From contig OX597814.1 in the NCBI GenBank assembly GCA_951406725.2, forward strand, positions 141,422,001 to 141,486,000: a stretch of DNA of 64,000 nt. The letters run 5' to 3'. Below the pieces are notes generated by a model, which made no database searches, was not told the DNA's origin, and saw only the letters and a program-made list of their open reading frames with translations. The translations under genes were made by a program, and so were the position numbers. The DNA comes from Octopus vulgaris. Lineage: Eukaryota. This document shows, piece after piece, positions 27,151-39,383 of the stretch. Each line of letters opens with the position of its first letter. Positions within the stretch are counted from its first letter, which is position 1.

Positions 27151-27695
27151 AACAGAGCAAAGTTGGGGGTTACCGCAGCATGAATAAAAATATAAGGGAA
27201 AGAATCTGAAAATGCAGGTGTCTTTTAAAAGTATTTATCAACTTAACCGGTTTCATTTATTTGAAAAGATTTTTTAAAGTAAGCTATGAGGCTTTGTGTA
27301 TCCTCTCTGGTGACTAAAATTAGTTTACATAAAATCATTCAGATCAGGAAATAAAAGTTTTTACAATGATAAGGAGATAAAAATTAGTTTACATAAATAT
27401 ATCCAAATCAAGAAGAGAAAACGTGTCAGGTTTGTCAGTTAGTGGGCGCTAAATTTTAGTCTCACTGTGATCAGAAACCATAATTATTTGCAGCATCTTA
27501 AACTGAAAAAAAAAATGAGTAGAGAAATAACAGACCATTTATAGTTCTGGGATATGGCTGTGGGGTCTCACATCTGGAGACACCACAGAGGATAAACAAA
27601 GCCACATACTTTACTTTTCAAAATCTTTTCAAATAGGTGAAACCGGTTAAGTTAATAAATACTTTTAAAAGACACCTGCATTTTCAAATTCTTTT

Positions 27696-27699
<4 letters not shown>
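27151..27699. mobile_element. (TA)n-flanked element with about 115-bp inverted repeats
   Basis: 27198-27312 and 27581-27696 are imperfect reverse complements containing GAAACCGGTTAAGTT.ATAAAT. Confidence 0.8.
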
Positions 27700-27761
<62 letters not shown>

Positions 27762-29337
27762 TGAACTCATATTTAATAAACAAAGTCATTTTACGTGTTG
27801 CTCTGCGTTGAAATAATGAAATAATGCTTTCAATATGTACTTCATCAAATCGCCATTGCGCATAGAGATGTAGTAGTGCACCATACGTCAGATGTCGAAA
27901 TGATTGGAGAGCAACGTGAAACTCAAAAACACAACACGCTGTCTGGTTAGTGAATCGAACCCACAATCTAATAATTAGGCCACGCATCTTCTATATATTC
28001 AATCACTATAAATGACTTGCTCCATGTAGTAGTAAACACTATAGACAGTGTTAAAATAAAATAAAGCATAGAAGGGTTGTTCCTTTGGCGTATTTATTTT
28101 TAAAAGGCCTAACATTAGAAACAATTGTATTTTAGTTTCAATGTTGAAAATAATTGACCAATACATTTAAAAATTTCGCGATGCAACAATTAAAACTGTG
28201 AGCATTTTTTGTCACATGCATTGATACCAGCAACCACTTGTGGTGAATAAATGAAAAGCATTTCTGTGTTACAAAACGGTTTCTGCGGCGGTTTTGTCAT
28301 ATTTCAGACAACAGGCTTTATCTTTCTGCCAGCTAGCTCATCTACAATTGTCTATTTAGTCAGAGAATGAACCTATGAAGAATTTGGTGATGCAGCTTGT
28401 ATAATGCTTCTAACCATTGTTTAAGAAGGAAAACGTTATCTGCTAGTGAATGTTTTCCACGTTAGGCTTGGATATAGTCCACATATGACAAACCAATCTA
28501 GTATGTCAATTTAGCCTTACTCTTTTAAATACAACGGTTATTGGTTTTCTATAGAACCTCAACAACTGTAGAGTATAAGATCAACTATGGGGTCTCTTAC
28601 AAAGGATTTTCCATAACGCAGGACTTTTAGTGAGAATCTCAGTGTTTATGGTATATTTTATTGTAGATGTTTGTACAGTGTTCCTTTAAGATTATATTCC
28701 ACCCACATGCATTACGTTTGAACTTTTTCTTTCTATTCGAGTTCTTAGAGCAAAATAACATTACATCTTTCCGAAAATTAGCACTTTCTCAGAGGTATTT
28801 TTCTTTGATACTCTGGTATACATACATCTTGTAGATTACGTGCATACTTATAGTTAACGATAGCCTGTTAATATAGCAGCTTCTGATAACGAATCCATTC
28901 ACTCAGAGCTTTTGAGTTCACGTTTTAAAGTTATTAATATTCCCTCAAAAGTTTGGAATGTACAATCCCCATTATATTTCCATTTTTTTTTTCTTTTTCA
29001 TAAAATATAGTTTGCGTTGCTTATATTTATTTACCAGTTTTAACATTTCTGTTTTATTTATTATCATCCACCTGGGTGGTTTCCGCTTCGAATAATTTCT
29101 TTACCACATGCACTGCAGGTATCTCTTAGATGTTCTTTCAAACGATAGCAGCTGCATACAATCATTTATTGTTCGGTAGTTGCTATCACATATTTCAGAA
29201 AGTCTCTGGTGATTATCATAAATCACTTTTTAACATGAGAGGGTTGATTTTTCATCTTTACATACACATTTTCGTCAAAAGTATATGCAGTCTAAAGATA
29301 ACTGAAAGGAAAATTTACCTCAAACTGCAGTTTAAAC

Positions 29338-29385
<48 letters not shown>

Positions 29386-29417
29386 TAATAAAAGAGTAAA
29401 AGAGTATATATATATTC

Positions 29418-29640
29418 TTTTATTCTTTTATTTGTTTCATTCATTTGACAGCGGCCATGCTGGAGCACCGCCTTTAGTCGACCAAATCGACCCCAGGACT
29501 TATTCTTTGTAAGCCTAGTACTTATTCTATCGGTCTCACTTGCCGAACCGCTAAGTGACGAGGATGTAAACGCACCAGCATCGGCTCTCAAGCGATGTTG
29601 GGAGGTGGGGGCGACAAACGCAGACACACAAACATATACA
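29418..29640 (-). mobile_element. 3' half of a split family A SINE
   Basis: Matches the post-(TA)n half of 21505-21898; the 5' half lies at 33131-33292. Confidence 0.85.
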
Positions 29641-29643
29641 TAC

Positions 29644-29674
<31 letters not shown>

Positions 29675-29931
29675 AATTATATATAAAAATACAAAATGGG
29701 ACAAGAACGCAAAACACACAAAGAGACGACACAAAAAACGGACGGGTCATTCGAAGCCTCTAATCTTCAGTCAGGAACCAGATCATCCTCGCAATTTCGG
29801 CTGATTAATCCTGAGATCGCTCCGGTCCGGCCAGCCCCAAGGAAAAACTAAGCTACGGGCATTAGATTTCTTGGAAAAAGGATCGAATGTATACGAAACA
29901 AGGACAGAAAAACGGACGATGCCACACGAAT

Positions 29932-29932
<1 letters not shown>

Positions 29933-29969
<37 letters not shown>

Positions 29970-32900
29970 CTAGTTTCAGCTTATGAGCTGTGGCCATGCT
30001 GGGGCACCGCCATTTGGTGTTGCTACTTGGTTTCACTTCATGGAGGCTTTCTAGCAACTGCTATTTGGTGCATGAGAGAGTTCGATGCAGCTGCCCTCAT
30101 CTGCCCCTCCTGCCGTGAAGTTGGTTCATCTGGGACACCTGACAGGAAGAGATCCAGCTTCATTTTAAAGACATTTGTATCCACCCCATGCAGGTCTCTC
30201 AGGTTCTTCGGGAGGATATTGAAGAGCTGTGGGCCTCGGAAGCCCAGGCTATCACAGAATCTTGTCCTACATCTTGATGGCAGGTTTGGAGTCCTAGGCA
30301 CCACGCAGTGGCGCCCAGTTCTGGCATTTGCGTAACTCTCGATGCCAAAGTTCAGGACACTTCCCTCCAGGATCTTCCAGATGTATATTATGGCATATCT
30401 TTCCCGCCTACGCTCCAGGGAATATAATTTTAATCTCTTGAGTCTTTCCCAGTAGCTTACATTCTGCATAGAGGCTATCTTCTTTGTGTAGCTTCGTTGG
30501 ATCGCCTCAAGTTCTGTGATCAACTTGACACTGGATGGTGACCATAGCTGAGAGCAATAGTCAAAGTGGCTTAGGACAAGTGTCTTCCAGAGGACCATCA
30601 TGGTTTCTTGTTCTCTTGTTCTAAAGGTTCTAAGAATCCATCCAACCAGCCGTCTACATTTCATTGTCAGTTTAGCAACATGTACATGAAAGGTCGCGTC
30701 ATCACTCATGTGAATACCAAGGTCACGCACTGATTGTGCCTCTGGGATTGCAATCCCTCCGGGTCCAGTGTATTCATTGGGTATTGCATTCAGTTTTGCA
30801 TGCTGATAGTATAAAGCTTGAAACTTTCCAGCATTGAACTGCATGCTATTCTTTTCAGCCCACTTGTATATTTCGTCCAGCTCACATTGCAGGTGTTTAG
30901 TGTCCTCAGGGTTCTGTATTGCCTGTGAGACTTTTGTATCATCTGCATAACTTGTGATCGTGGCTCTCTGCGTGGCTGAGGGCATGTCTGAGAGGGCCAT
31001 TATGAACAGTAGTGGTCCCAGAACAGTGCCCTGCGGAACACCGCTCACTATTTGTGTGTTAATGGAGGTGGCCCCATTGGCTACTACCACCTGACTTCTA
31101 TCCTTCAGAAAGTCATGAAGCCATTCTCCCAGTTTTCCAACTATGTTGAGATCACGCAGTTTGTGACATATCATTCCATGATCGACTTTATCAAAGGCCT
31201 TTGCAAAGTCGAGATATATCACTTCCACATTTGAGTGGTTGAGCAGCCGTTTCAGCACCCAGTCATAGTGTTGTAGGAGCTGAGTTAAACAGCTTCTCCC
31301 TGGTCGGAAACCATGTTGGGTGTCGGGCAGCAGGTCATTCTCTTCAAGGAAGGTGATCAGCTTCCTTCTGACTATTCGTTCCATGACCTTGCTGATGTGT
31401 GAGGTCAGAGAGATAGGTCTATAGTTCTTGGCTTCCGCTCTGCTACCTCCTTTATGAATGGGGCATATTTTACCTTCCTTCAGTTTTCCTGGAAGTTTGC
31501 CAGCTGCAAGGAAGCTCTGAAAGAGGAACTGCAGTGGTCTTGCTAGGACTCTCTTACATGCTTTTAGGAGGATTGCCGGGAATCCATCGGGGCCAGTAGC
31601 TGAGTCTGTTTTCATTTCATCTATAGCATTGGTTACATCGTCTTCCTTTATATCGATGTAATCTATCGTCGCCGCCTCTGATTTTATATCTGCAGTGGTA
31701 AAAAAGTCAGTTGGATTGGTGATTTGGAGATGCCCAAGGGGTGGAGTGAAAACACTCTTGAATTGCTCATTCAGTATTTCACTTACCCTCATTGGTTTTC
31801 CTGTAAGTGTGCCATCCTTTTCAAGGAGTGGCCCTATTCTACAGTGCACTGTAGCTGTTTCTTTGGCATACCTGTAGAAAGCTCTGGGGTTAGATTTTAT
31901 GTTTTCTATAGCCCAGGCTTCTTTGTCTGCTCTTTCTTTTTCATGGGAGAGTTGCAGACATTTTTCGATTTCCAACAGTTTTATTTTTAGGCGGGACTTT
32001 TCACTGCTTTCAATCTGTTTGTTTAGGCGATTTGAAAATTTCGTACGCCGTCTCATTAAAATTTTCCTCTCTCTGGGGATTTTGTTCTTGTGTACAGTGG
32101 CCTTTCTCTCTGGGACACATTTGTAGCATATGGCTTGCATTACAGACATGAATTGTTGAAGTTTCACATCGATGTCTGGCGAGGAGAGACATTCAGGCCA
32201 GTTTTGTTTGAGGATCTCTTTCTCAATTTGTTTCCAGTTTGCCTTATGGTAGTTCAAGCTGGAAAGATTTTGAGGGTTTCTTGTAGGCTGCATGTCCGTG
32301 CTCTCTTTTGGCCCGTACATGGTCAGCTCTATCATGTTGTGATCCGAGAGTAGTGTCGGTGTCACTTTCACATTATGGATGAGATCCATGTCATTTGTGA
32401 AGCAGAGATCCAGTGTGTTACCTGCCCTGGTTGGTTGGAGTATTACCTGCTCCATGTACAGGGTGTTGATGAGGTTCAGGAGGGACCTCGCCTGTCCTCG
32501 TTCACATCTTGTCATTCCTGGGAGAGAAAGGCCCTCGGGCCATCTGACATTGGGCAGATTGAAGTCTCCCATAAGAAGCACACCTATGTGTTGTTCTAAT
32601 GTGGTTAGAATTTCTTCTATTTTTATAAGGCAGTCTTCGAACTTGCCCACATGGCTTGGGGCATCTGGAGGGCGATATGTAGCACACACAACTACATCAA
32701 GTTGCCTAATATGTACAATTAGTGTGTCACACACCGAGTTTGAGTATGACAAGAGGACCTGGGGTGTGAGGTCCTCACGGATGTACATAGCAACACCTCC
32801 ATGACTCCTTTCTTTCCTGTCGGTCCGTAGTACAGCATACTGTGGTATGTGTAACTCCGCATCTGCTATGTCCGGTTTCAGGTGCGTTTCTGTAAGTGCT

Positions 32901-33078
32901 ATGCATAAGGCTTGATTGCATGCAACAAAGTCTCTCAGGAACGGGATCTTTGTCCTGTTACTGAGTGTTTGCAGTCCTCTGATGTTCAGTAGGAGTATCG
33001 AGGTGAGGTGTACGTTGTTGCCGGCGGTGTCCATCCTGTGTCTGTTTGCTGTGGTGGTCTGGTATATAGTGGGTAGTA
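29933..33078 (-). mobile_element. CR1/L2-group LINE with complete ORF2, 3' UTR and (ATCA)n tail
   Basis: Long ORF; 3' GGCGGTGCCCCAGCATGGCCACAGCTCATAAGCTGAAAC then ATCA repeats. Confidence 0.96.
30038..33034 (-). CDS. LINE ORF2: APE endonuclease plus reverse transcriptase, 998 aa from MDTAG
   Basis: LNIRGL, LTETHL, YRPP, GDFN, TLDLCF, SDH, NYRPISL, LDFAKAFD, GVPQGTVLGP, YADD with no stops; the listed upstream start (33127) appears to lie outside the element. Confidence 0.93.
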   Translation of the reverse strand: MDTAGNNVHLTSILLLNIRGLQTLSNRTKIPFLRDFVACNQALCIALTETHLKPDIADAELHIPQYAVLRTDRKERSHGGVAMYIREDLTPQVLLSYSNSVCDTLIVHIRQLDVVVCATYRPPDAPSHVGKFEDCLIKIEEILTTLEQHIGVLLMGDFNLPNVRWPEGLSLPGMTRCERGQARSLLNLINTLYMEQVILQPTRAGNTLDLCFTNDMDLIHNVKVTPTLLSDHNMIELTMYGPKESTDMQPTRNPQNLSSLNYHKANWKQIEKEILKQNWPECLSSPDIDVKLQQFMSVMQAICYKCVPERKATVHKNKIPRERKILMRRRTKFSNRLNKQIESSEKSRLKIKLLEIEKCLQLSHEKERADKEAWAIENIKSNPRAFYRYAKETATVHCRIGPLLEKDGTLTGKPMRVSEILNEQFKSVFTPPLGHLQITNPTDFFTTADIKSEAATIDYIDIKEDDVTNAIDEMKTDSATGPDGFPAILLKACKRVLARPLQFLFQSFLAAGKLPGKLKEGKICPIHKGGSRAEAKNYRPISLTSHISKVMERIVRRKLITFLEENDLLPDTQHGFRPGRSCLTQLLQHYDWVLKRLLNHSNVEVIYLDFAKAFDKVDHGMICHKLRDLNIVGKLGEWLHDFLKDRSQVVVANGATSINTQIVSGVPQGTVLGPLLFIMALSDMPSATQRATITSYADDTKVSQAIQNPEDTKHLQCELDEIYKWAEKNSMQFNAGKFQALYYQHAKLNAIPNEYTGPGGIAIPEAQSVRDLGIHMSDDATFHVHVAKLTMKCRRLVGWILRTFRTREQETMMVLWKTLVLSHFDYCSQLWSPSSVKLITELEAIQRSYTKKIASMQNVSYWERLKRLKLYSLERRRERYAIIYIWKILEGSVLNFGIESYANARTGRHCVVPRTPNLPSRCRTRFCDSLGFRGPQLFNILPKNLRDLHGVDTNVFKMKLDLFLSGVPDEPTSRQEGQMRAAASNSLMHQIAVARKPP

Positions 33079-33130
33079 TAAATACAAAAAACAAAAATAA
33101 AAGACAAGAATAGTAATAACAGGACAAAAA

Positions 33131-33289
33131 CGACGGGCTTCTTTCAGTTTCCGTCTACCAAATCCACTCACAGAGCGTTGGTCGGTCCGAAGCTATAGTA
33201 GAAGACACTTGCCCAAGGTTCCACACAGTGGGACTAAATCGGAATCATGTGGTTGTAAGCAAGCTACTTACCACACAGCTACTCCTGCG

Positions 33290-33292
<3 letters not shown>
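33131..33292 (-). mobile_element. 5' half (tRNA-like head) of a split family A SINE
   Basis: Ends at GAAAGAAGCCCGTCG, where other copies start their central (TA)n. Confidence 0.85.
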
Positions 33293-33338
<46 letters not shown>

Positions 33339-33924
33339 AAAATTATAATTAAGGGTATCTAAGAGATACCTCCACGCTGGAAATAGCAGCCAAAACTTAA
33401 CTCTATAACCACATTAAATATATATATAGTCTGCAGTTCTCTTGCCCGATTGGTTTTTATACAATAATATATAAAATGTTATATTGCCTAGATCGTTGTC
33501 GGCCTAGATTGGGTATGCTAAGCTCAAGGCTCAAGGATTTCCCTTACCATCATCACCACGTTTTGCTTCCAGAAACAGTGTATCTATGACTACCTTATTC
33601 AATGTATTAATTTTTTTTTCACGATGGGTATATTTTGCTGAAAATCTGGCTGCTATTTCCAAAAGATTCCATTGAGACTCCTTCAAGCTTCAGATATCAC
33701 ATTTTTTTTTAAAGATATGAGTGTAAAGTGATAATGTTGATGGCATCAGTGGTGTAAGTGGTTTTGTGTCAATTTTTACCACTCATTTTGTGTATCTTAA
33801 AATTCATCTCACATTACAATTATTCAGATACGCACTCTGCTTAAAAAAAAAACCCAGTTAAATTAGTGTTAACAAATTTAATGCAAGGAGCATATATGCA
33901 GTGAATATAAAATGTCAGTCATAC

Positions 33925-34375
33925 GTACATGTATGGCAGTGTGATTAAGAAGCTAACTTTGCTACCATGTGGTTTCGGGTTCGGTTCCACTGCGTAGCAT
34001 CTTGGTCAAGTATCTTCTCGTATAGCTCCGGGTCGACCAATACTTTGTGAATGAATTTGGTAAACGGAAACTATGTGGAAGCCCATTGCATACATACTTA
34101 CATACATTCATAATACATACATACATACAACATATGTACATACATACATACATACATACATTGTGTTTGTATCCCTCAGTCATTTCCCCATCACCCTACC
34201 CCGGTGTGGGTTTGTTTAATTCCCAGAAAATTAGCGGTTCGGCAAAAGAGGCCGAAAGAATAAAAACTAAACTTATAAATAAGCACTGGGGTTGCTTCGT
34301 TCCACTAAAACGCACCAAGATGGCGCTCTAGCATGGCTGCAGTCCAATGACTGAAACTAGTTACATATAAAAGAT
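33925..34375 (+). mobile_element. SINE family A, diverged copy
   Basis: Head, central (CATA)n and GGCGCTCTAGCATGGCTGCAGTCCAATGACTGAAAC tail. Confidence 0.8.
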
Positions 34376-34549
34376 AATAAATATCATAGACAGTATTATT
34401 TTCGTTTTTCAGTCACTACAGAGAAAACATCGGTTGTATTTCCACTTATTCCGATTTAATTAATGAAACACACAAACATATTTTTGTCATGTTAGTTTTG
34501 TAAAATAGCAAAACATCTTACGATCTTCTCAACGGATTCCATAGATATA

Positions 34550-34781
34550 TTCTTTTATATGTTTCAGTCGTTTGACTGCAGCCATGCTGGTGCACTGCTT
34601 TTATACGAGCAAACCGACCCCAGGACTTATTCTTTTAAAGCCTAGTACTTATTAAATCGGACTCTTTTGTAGAATCGCTAAGTTACGGGGATGTAAACAC
34701 ACCAGCATCAGTTGTTAAGCGATGGTGGTGGTGGTGGTTGAGGGGGGAACAAACACAGACACACAAACATATAGAGACATG

Positions 34782-34812
<31 letters not shown>

Positions 34813-34827
34813 ATGTATATATATATA

Positions 34828-34858
<31 letters not shown>

Positions 34859-35025
34859 ACGACGGGCTTCTTTCAGTTTCCATCTACCAAATTCACTAAC
34901 AAGGCTTCGGTCATCCCGAGGCTATAGTAGAAGACAGTTGCCCAAGGTGCCACGCAGTGTAACTGAACCCGGAACCATGTGGTTGGGGAAGCAAGCTACA
35001 TACCACACAGCCACTCCTATGTCTA
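34550..35025 (-). mobile_element. SINE family A
   Basis: Both halves and the central TA/TG tract are present. Confidence 0.85.
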
Positions 35026-35371
35026 TAGCTACTTACTACACTACCACTCCTGCGCCTACCTCACGCTTGCATCCCTCACCCTCGCATTCCCCACACTTCA
35101 AAACCACCACTTCACACACCACCACACCACACACCACCACCACACTACAACACGCCACACATCACCACACAACCACACCATCACACCACAAAACCACACA
35201 ACACACCACACGTCAAGGTCACCAGCCCCACACCACACACACACACGTACACCACTACTTTATTATCTACCCTTCTTCCTAGTTCTCCTGTCGGACCACC
35301 TCTGTCCTGCCGCCATCATGATTGACCGCTAGCTTCCTTTTTTTATTCTCTCTCTGTTTATTTTCTCGTGT

Positions 35372-35410
35372 TCATTTCTGTTGAAGAGCATAGGCTCGAA
35401 ACGTGAAAGA
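35372..35410 (+). ncRNA. Minimal hammerhead-like motif in a Penelope-like terminal repeat, degenerate
   Basis: TTT-CTGTTGA-A-GAGC-ATAG-GCTC-GAAACGT-G-AAAG; related motifs at about 20031, 58455 and 62254. Confidence 0.45.
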
Positions 35411-35716
35411 CTTTCTCACCTTCCCGAGCGTTAAACTTATATACGTGTTTGTTGTTTACACACCTGTCTTCGTCTTTTGTAAATTCCAGCTATAAGGGGA
35501 ATATTCCTTGTGTTGTATGTCTTGTACTCTGTTCTTTCGTTGTTTGAAAAATAGTTCGTTTCCATGTTTTTGTTTTTAGTTTTATGTTTTCTTTTCTCAT
35601 TGTGTTCAATGTTTTTTTGATGTCCTGTACCCATATATGCATGTATATATGCATATATTTATATATTATTTATATTATTATATCTATATATGTATTTGTA
35701 TATATATACGTATTTG

Positions 35717-35782
<66 letters not shown>

Positions 35783-36925
35783 GGTGAAATCTACAAGTTT
35801 TTTTCATTCTCTCTGTTTATTGTCTCTTATTCCTTTCCATATATATGGATTATGTGGCCTAGTGGTTAGTGTGTTGAACTCACGATCTCGAGATCGTAGT
35901 TTCACTTCCTACTTCGGGTGGTTCGTTGTGCCCTTGAGCAAAACACTTCATCTCATGTTGATTTGCGATCACTTCGACACCTGATGCGCAGTACACCTTG
36001 CACCTGTTCAGACAACGCCGATTTGATGAAAGGTATGAGCTATACATTTGATCATTAAACTAACCGTTTGTGCAGCTCGGACGTTGCTTTCGACACGAGA
36101 GTCAAATGTGTGTGCATGTATATATATATTGTACTGTTTCGTAGTGGTAAGATCAATAAAAAAATTACTCCACCCGGTGAGAGATAAATAATATTTTTTA
36201 AACACAGTATATATTTTTATGTACTACTAACAGTTTCATGCAATGAAAATAACCCAGACAGCATTTTATAACATTCAATCCTCAGAAAATCTAGAGAGAT
36301 AAACTTAAAAACTTATAAAATTCATGTTAACTGGGACTTCAAGTTTTGCCTCTCAGCTTATTCAATCAAGGAAGTAAAATTCACTTTGGAGATAGTATGG
36401 GAAAACAAAAGGAAAGCTTCATTAATGAAGGCGATGTAAGGATAGTAATCTATGTTTTCTGTTAAATTAACAATGAAAGTGGATTGTTTTATATTTATCG
36501 CCGATGGAAATCTAAACAATTCGTGCGAAGGACAGAAGCAACAAATATAAAGGTAGATGCAAATAGTGAGCAGCTGATAAAGATTGTATGATAAAGGAGG
36601 AAAAGATAAATATATAAAGTCTAATGAAATTAGTAAAGAGTAACAAATAATATAAAAAATGTAAATAAATGAAAATAGTATGAATAATTAATGGACAGTT
36701 AAAAGGTATGAAAGAAAAAGTTAAATGAATACAGGTCAGTATTCGGTCAAGCGTGAAAATGAATTGGAAAGGCATTCAATTTGGTTAGAAGAAGTGATTA
36801 AATAGAAAGTTAAAATGTTTTATATTTAAAGTGAGTGAGGGTGTAAGCTAAATCATATAGGAAATATAAACGCGTTTGTATGTGTATTTGTATATATGCG
36901 CGTATATACATATTTGCGTGCGTAC

Positions 36926-36962
<37 letters not shown>

Positions 36963-37184
36963 GTTTGTGTGGATGAGTGATGTTTACATATACAGACTGC
37001 ATTCAATGCTTAATTAGTATAATTTCAGTTTATATTTTTCTTAAAAATAATTATTTTATTTATCTATTTTTGGTTTCTTATTAATTTAATATCTACGTTT
37101 TAAGAATTTATAACGTATATGTTCAAACCAATATAACAATGTAAAAGTTACAGCTGTATGTATGTATGTCTGTATGTAAGTATG

Positions 37185-37218
<34 letters not shown>

Positions 37219-37828
37219 TGTATGTATGTATGTATGTATGTATGTATGTATGTATGAATGTATGTATGTATATGTGTGTCTGTATGTATCTATTTATGTA
37301 TGTATGTATGTGTGTATGTATGTATGTATGTATGTATGTATGTATGTATGTATATATGTATGTATGTATGTATGAATGTATGTATGTATATGTGTGTCTG
37401 TATGTATCTATTTATGTATGTATGTGTGTGTATGTATGTATGTATGTATGTATGTATGTATGTATGTATGTATGTATGTATATGTGTGTGTTAATAGTAA
37501 AACTGTTAAGCCATTTTATTTTTCCTTTCCGTTTCTGCTGAGCATATTGAAGTTATTAAGGACTGGGGTAAAAAAAAAAAAAAAAAGTGCAAATATATTC
37601 GGAATAATTTGCAGGAAAGAAAATGAAATGGACAATAAAATTTCTAATAGTCGATCGCCGATATAAAACTGGTAGCAGAGTTATACTTTATCGTCTCACC
37701 ATTACCATCATTACCAGTATTAAAAAAGTGATATAACGTGTTCGGTATAAATGTATATTAAATCTCAATTATAGTAACTTAGAAGTTGCTTGTTAATCAT
37801 ATGATTAAAGCAAACACAGATATATACG

Positions 37829-37862
<34 letters not shown>

Positions 37863-37863
37863 C

Positions 37864-37916
<53 letters not shown>

Positions 37917-38779
37917 CATACACACACATATGCACACACACACACATATGCACACACACACGCACACTCACATATATATGCTTAAGCTAGCTTCACTGAG
38001 TACTATATAAATTCGAAGTGCTATAAGCGTAAATAAGTAAATAAGTATGGTACTGTATAATTTGTGTAAATGAAAAAGGAAACACACACTCTCACACACA
38101 GACATACACACATAGTAATATTTTTGGTAATTTGAGAAAAATTTAGAAATGTTCGTTGAAATATTTAAGTGTTTGAACCGGAAAATACGCATAAAAAGCT
38201 AAAATGAAGCTAAGTAAAATAACATTCATTTGGTTATTTCTTGAAAAACACGGTCGTAGTGGTGAGGGTGTTAGTTGTGGTGGCCATGGAAGATCACCGT
38301 CTTTCGGCGATAAGAATTCAGATGTTCGATCAATCGAATTACCTGCTCATGTATTAATGTGTCAGTGGCTGAGTATTCCGCAGAATTGTGTATCATTACT
38401 GTAAGAAAATAAAAGTGCTTGTTATCAGGCAGGCAATGATGAAGTGGATTGACTACCGAAGAATGCAAACTGCAGCACATCGGTATTAGGTTAACTAAAT
38501 ATTCTAGACAGACTCCGTAAGAGAGAACTTGAAAGTCATTGCTGAAATTTAATTGATTGTTGAATAACGAAATATATAATTTAAAGAGGTTATTCAGAGA
38601 ACCGCTGCAATTTGAAACTTCCGATATTAACAGTAGTAACGGTTTAGAAAACTCTGTATTTTCGGCTCAAGGATATTCCCTGGTTAAGAGAAAACCTGAA
38701 AAAGTACACAGGCAAGGGTCTTCATTCAGCTTCAAAACGAAATTCTTGATGTTATGTCTGAGGTTTCGTTATGCGGCTT

Positions 38780-39383
38780 AACAAACGCTGGAAAAAAACG
38801 ATGAGGCGTGATATCTCTGTCATTGCTGACGGTAACTAGAACCATAGCAGTGCTGGGAACTTAGTATGCATGAACGTTGGAACCTCATTTGGGTCTCAGC
38901 ATAACCATCCTTCGGTTTCCCTTTCAGTCCTTTCTCACCGGAGAAAAAACCCAAAGTATTCTAGCCTCTTGCTGTTTTAACCTGTTTAGCAAGGGCTTTG
39001 CACAGATCGAACGATCCTCTATTGTCCCATCCCACACAAACTTACCACTCCGCATCATATACGACTTATACTGGAGGATGCTCTCATAAACAATTCTTCT
39101 GATGGTGCATTCTGAAACATTGAGGTCCTTTGCAATGGCTCTGACTGACTTCCAGGGAATTTTTCGATAGTTTAATGGATCTTTTGTTTAAAGCTATGTG
39201 TTCTGATAATATTAGGATCTTGTTCATGTATTTTGTGTTTAGCTGCTGATGTTGGATCCCCGTTATTAGTTCCCAGCACCTTTCGAACTTTGACAACAAA
39301 GGATCGGTCAACTTTCAGGAAGCGAACTATCTCTGTATCACTATGCTGCGCTTTAAGGCAACAATTACTGTCTGCTGTTTCAT
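38780..39383 (-). pseudogene. Decayed Tc1/mariner-superfamily transposase, maT/DD37D-like
   Basis: Across frames: VIVALKAQHSDTEIVRFLKVDRSFVVKVRK, PGKSVRAIAKDLNVSECTIRRIV, YKSYMMRSG, LLNRLK, MVLVTVSNDRDITPHRFF. Confidence 0.75.

Noticed and set aside
33035-33127. Hydrophobic N-terminal extension (MSCYYYSCLLFLFFVFIL) of the 1029-aa ORF, resembling a signal peptide
   Set aside because: It starts at a non-ATG codon in T-rich flanking sequence that appears to lie outside the LINE; a chance in-frame fusion.
37158-37490. CRISPR-like or higher-order repeat array
   Set aside because: A degenerate (TATG)n tract with a local internal duplication; no unique spacers, and the context is eukaryotic.
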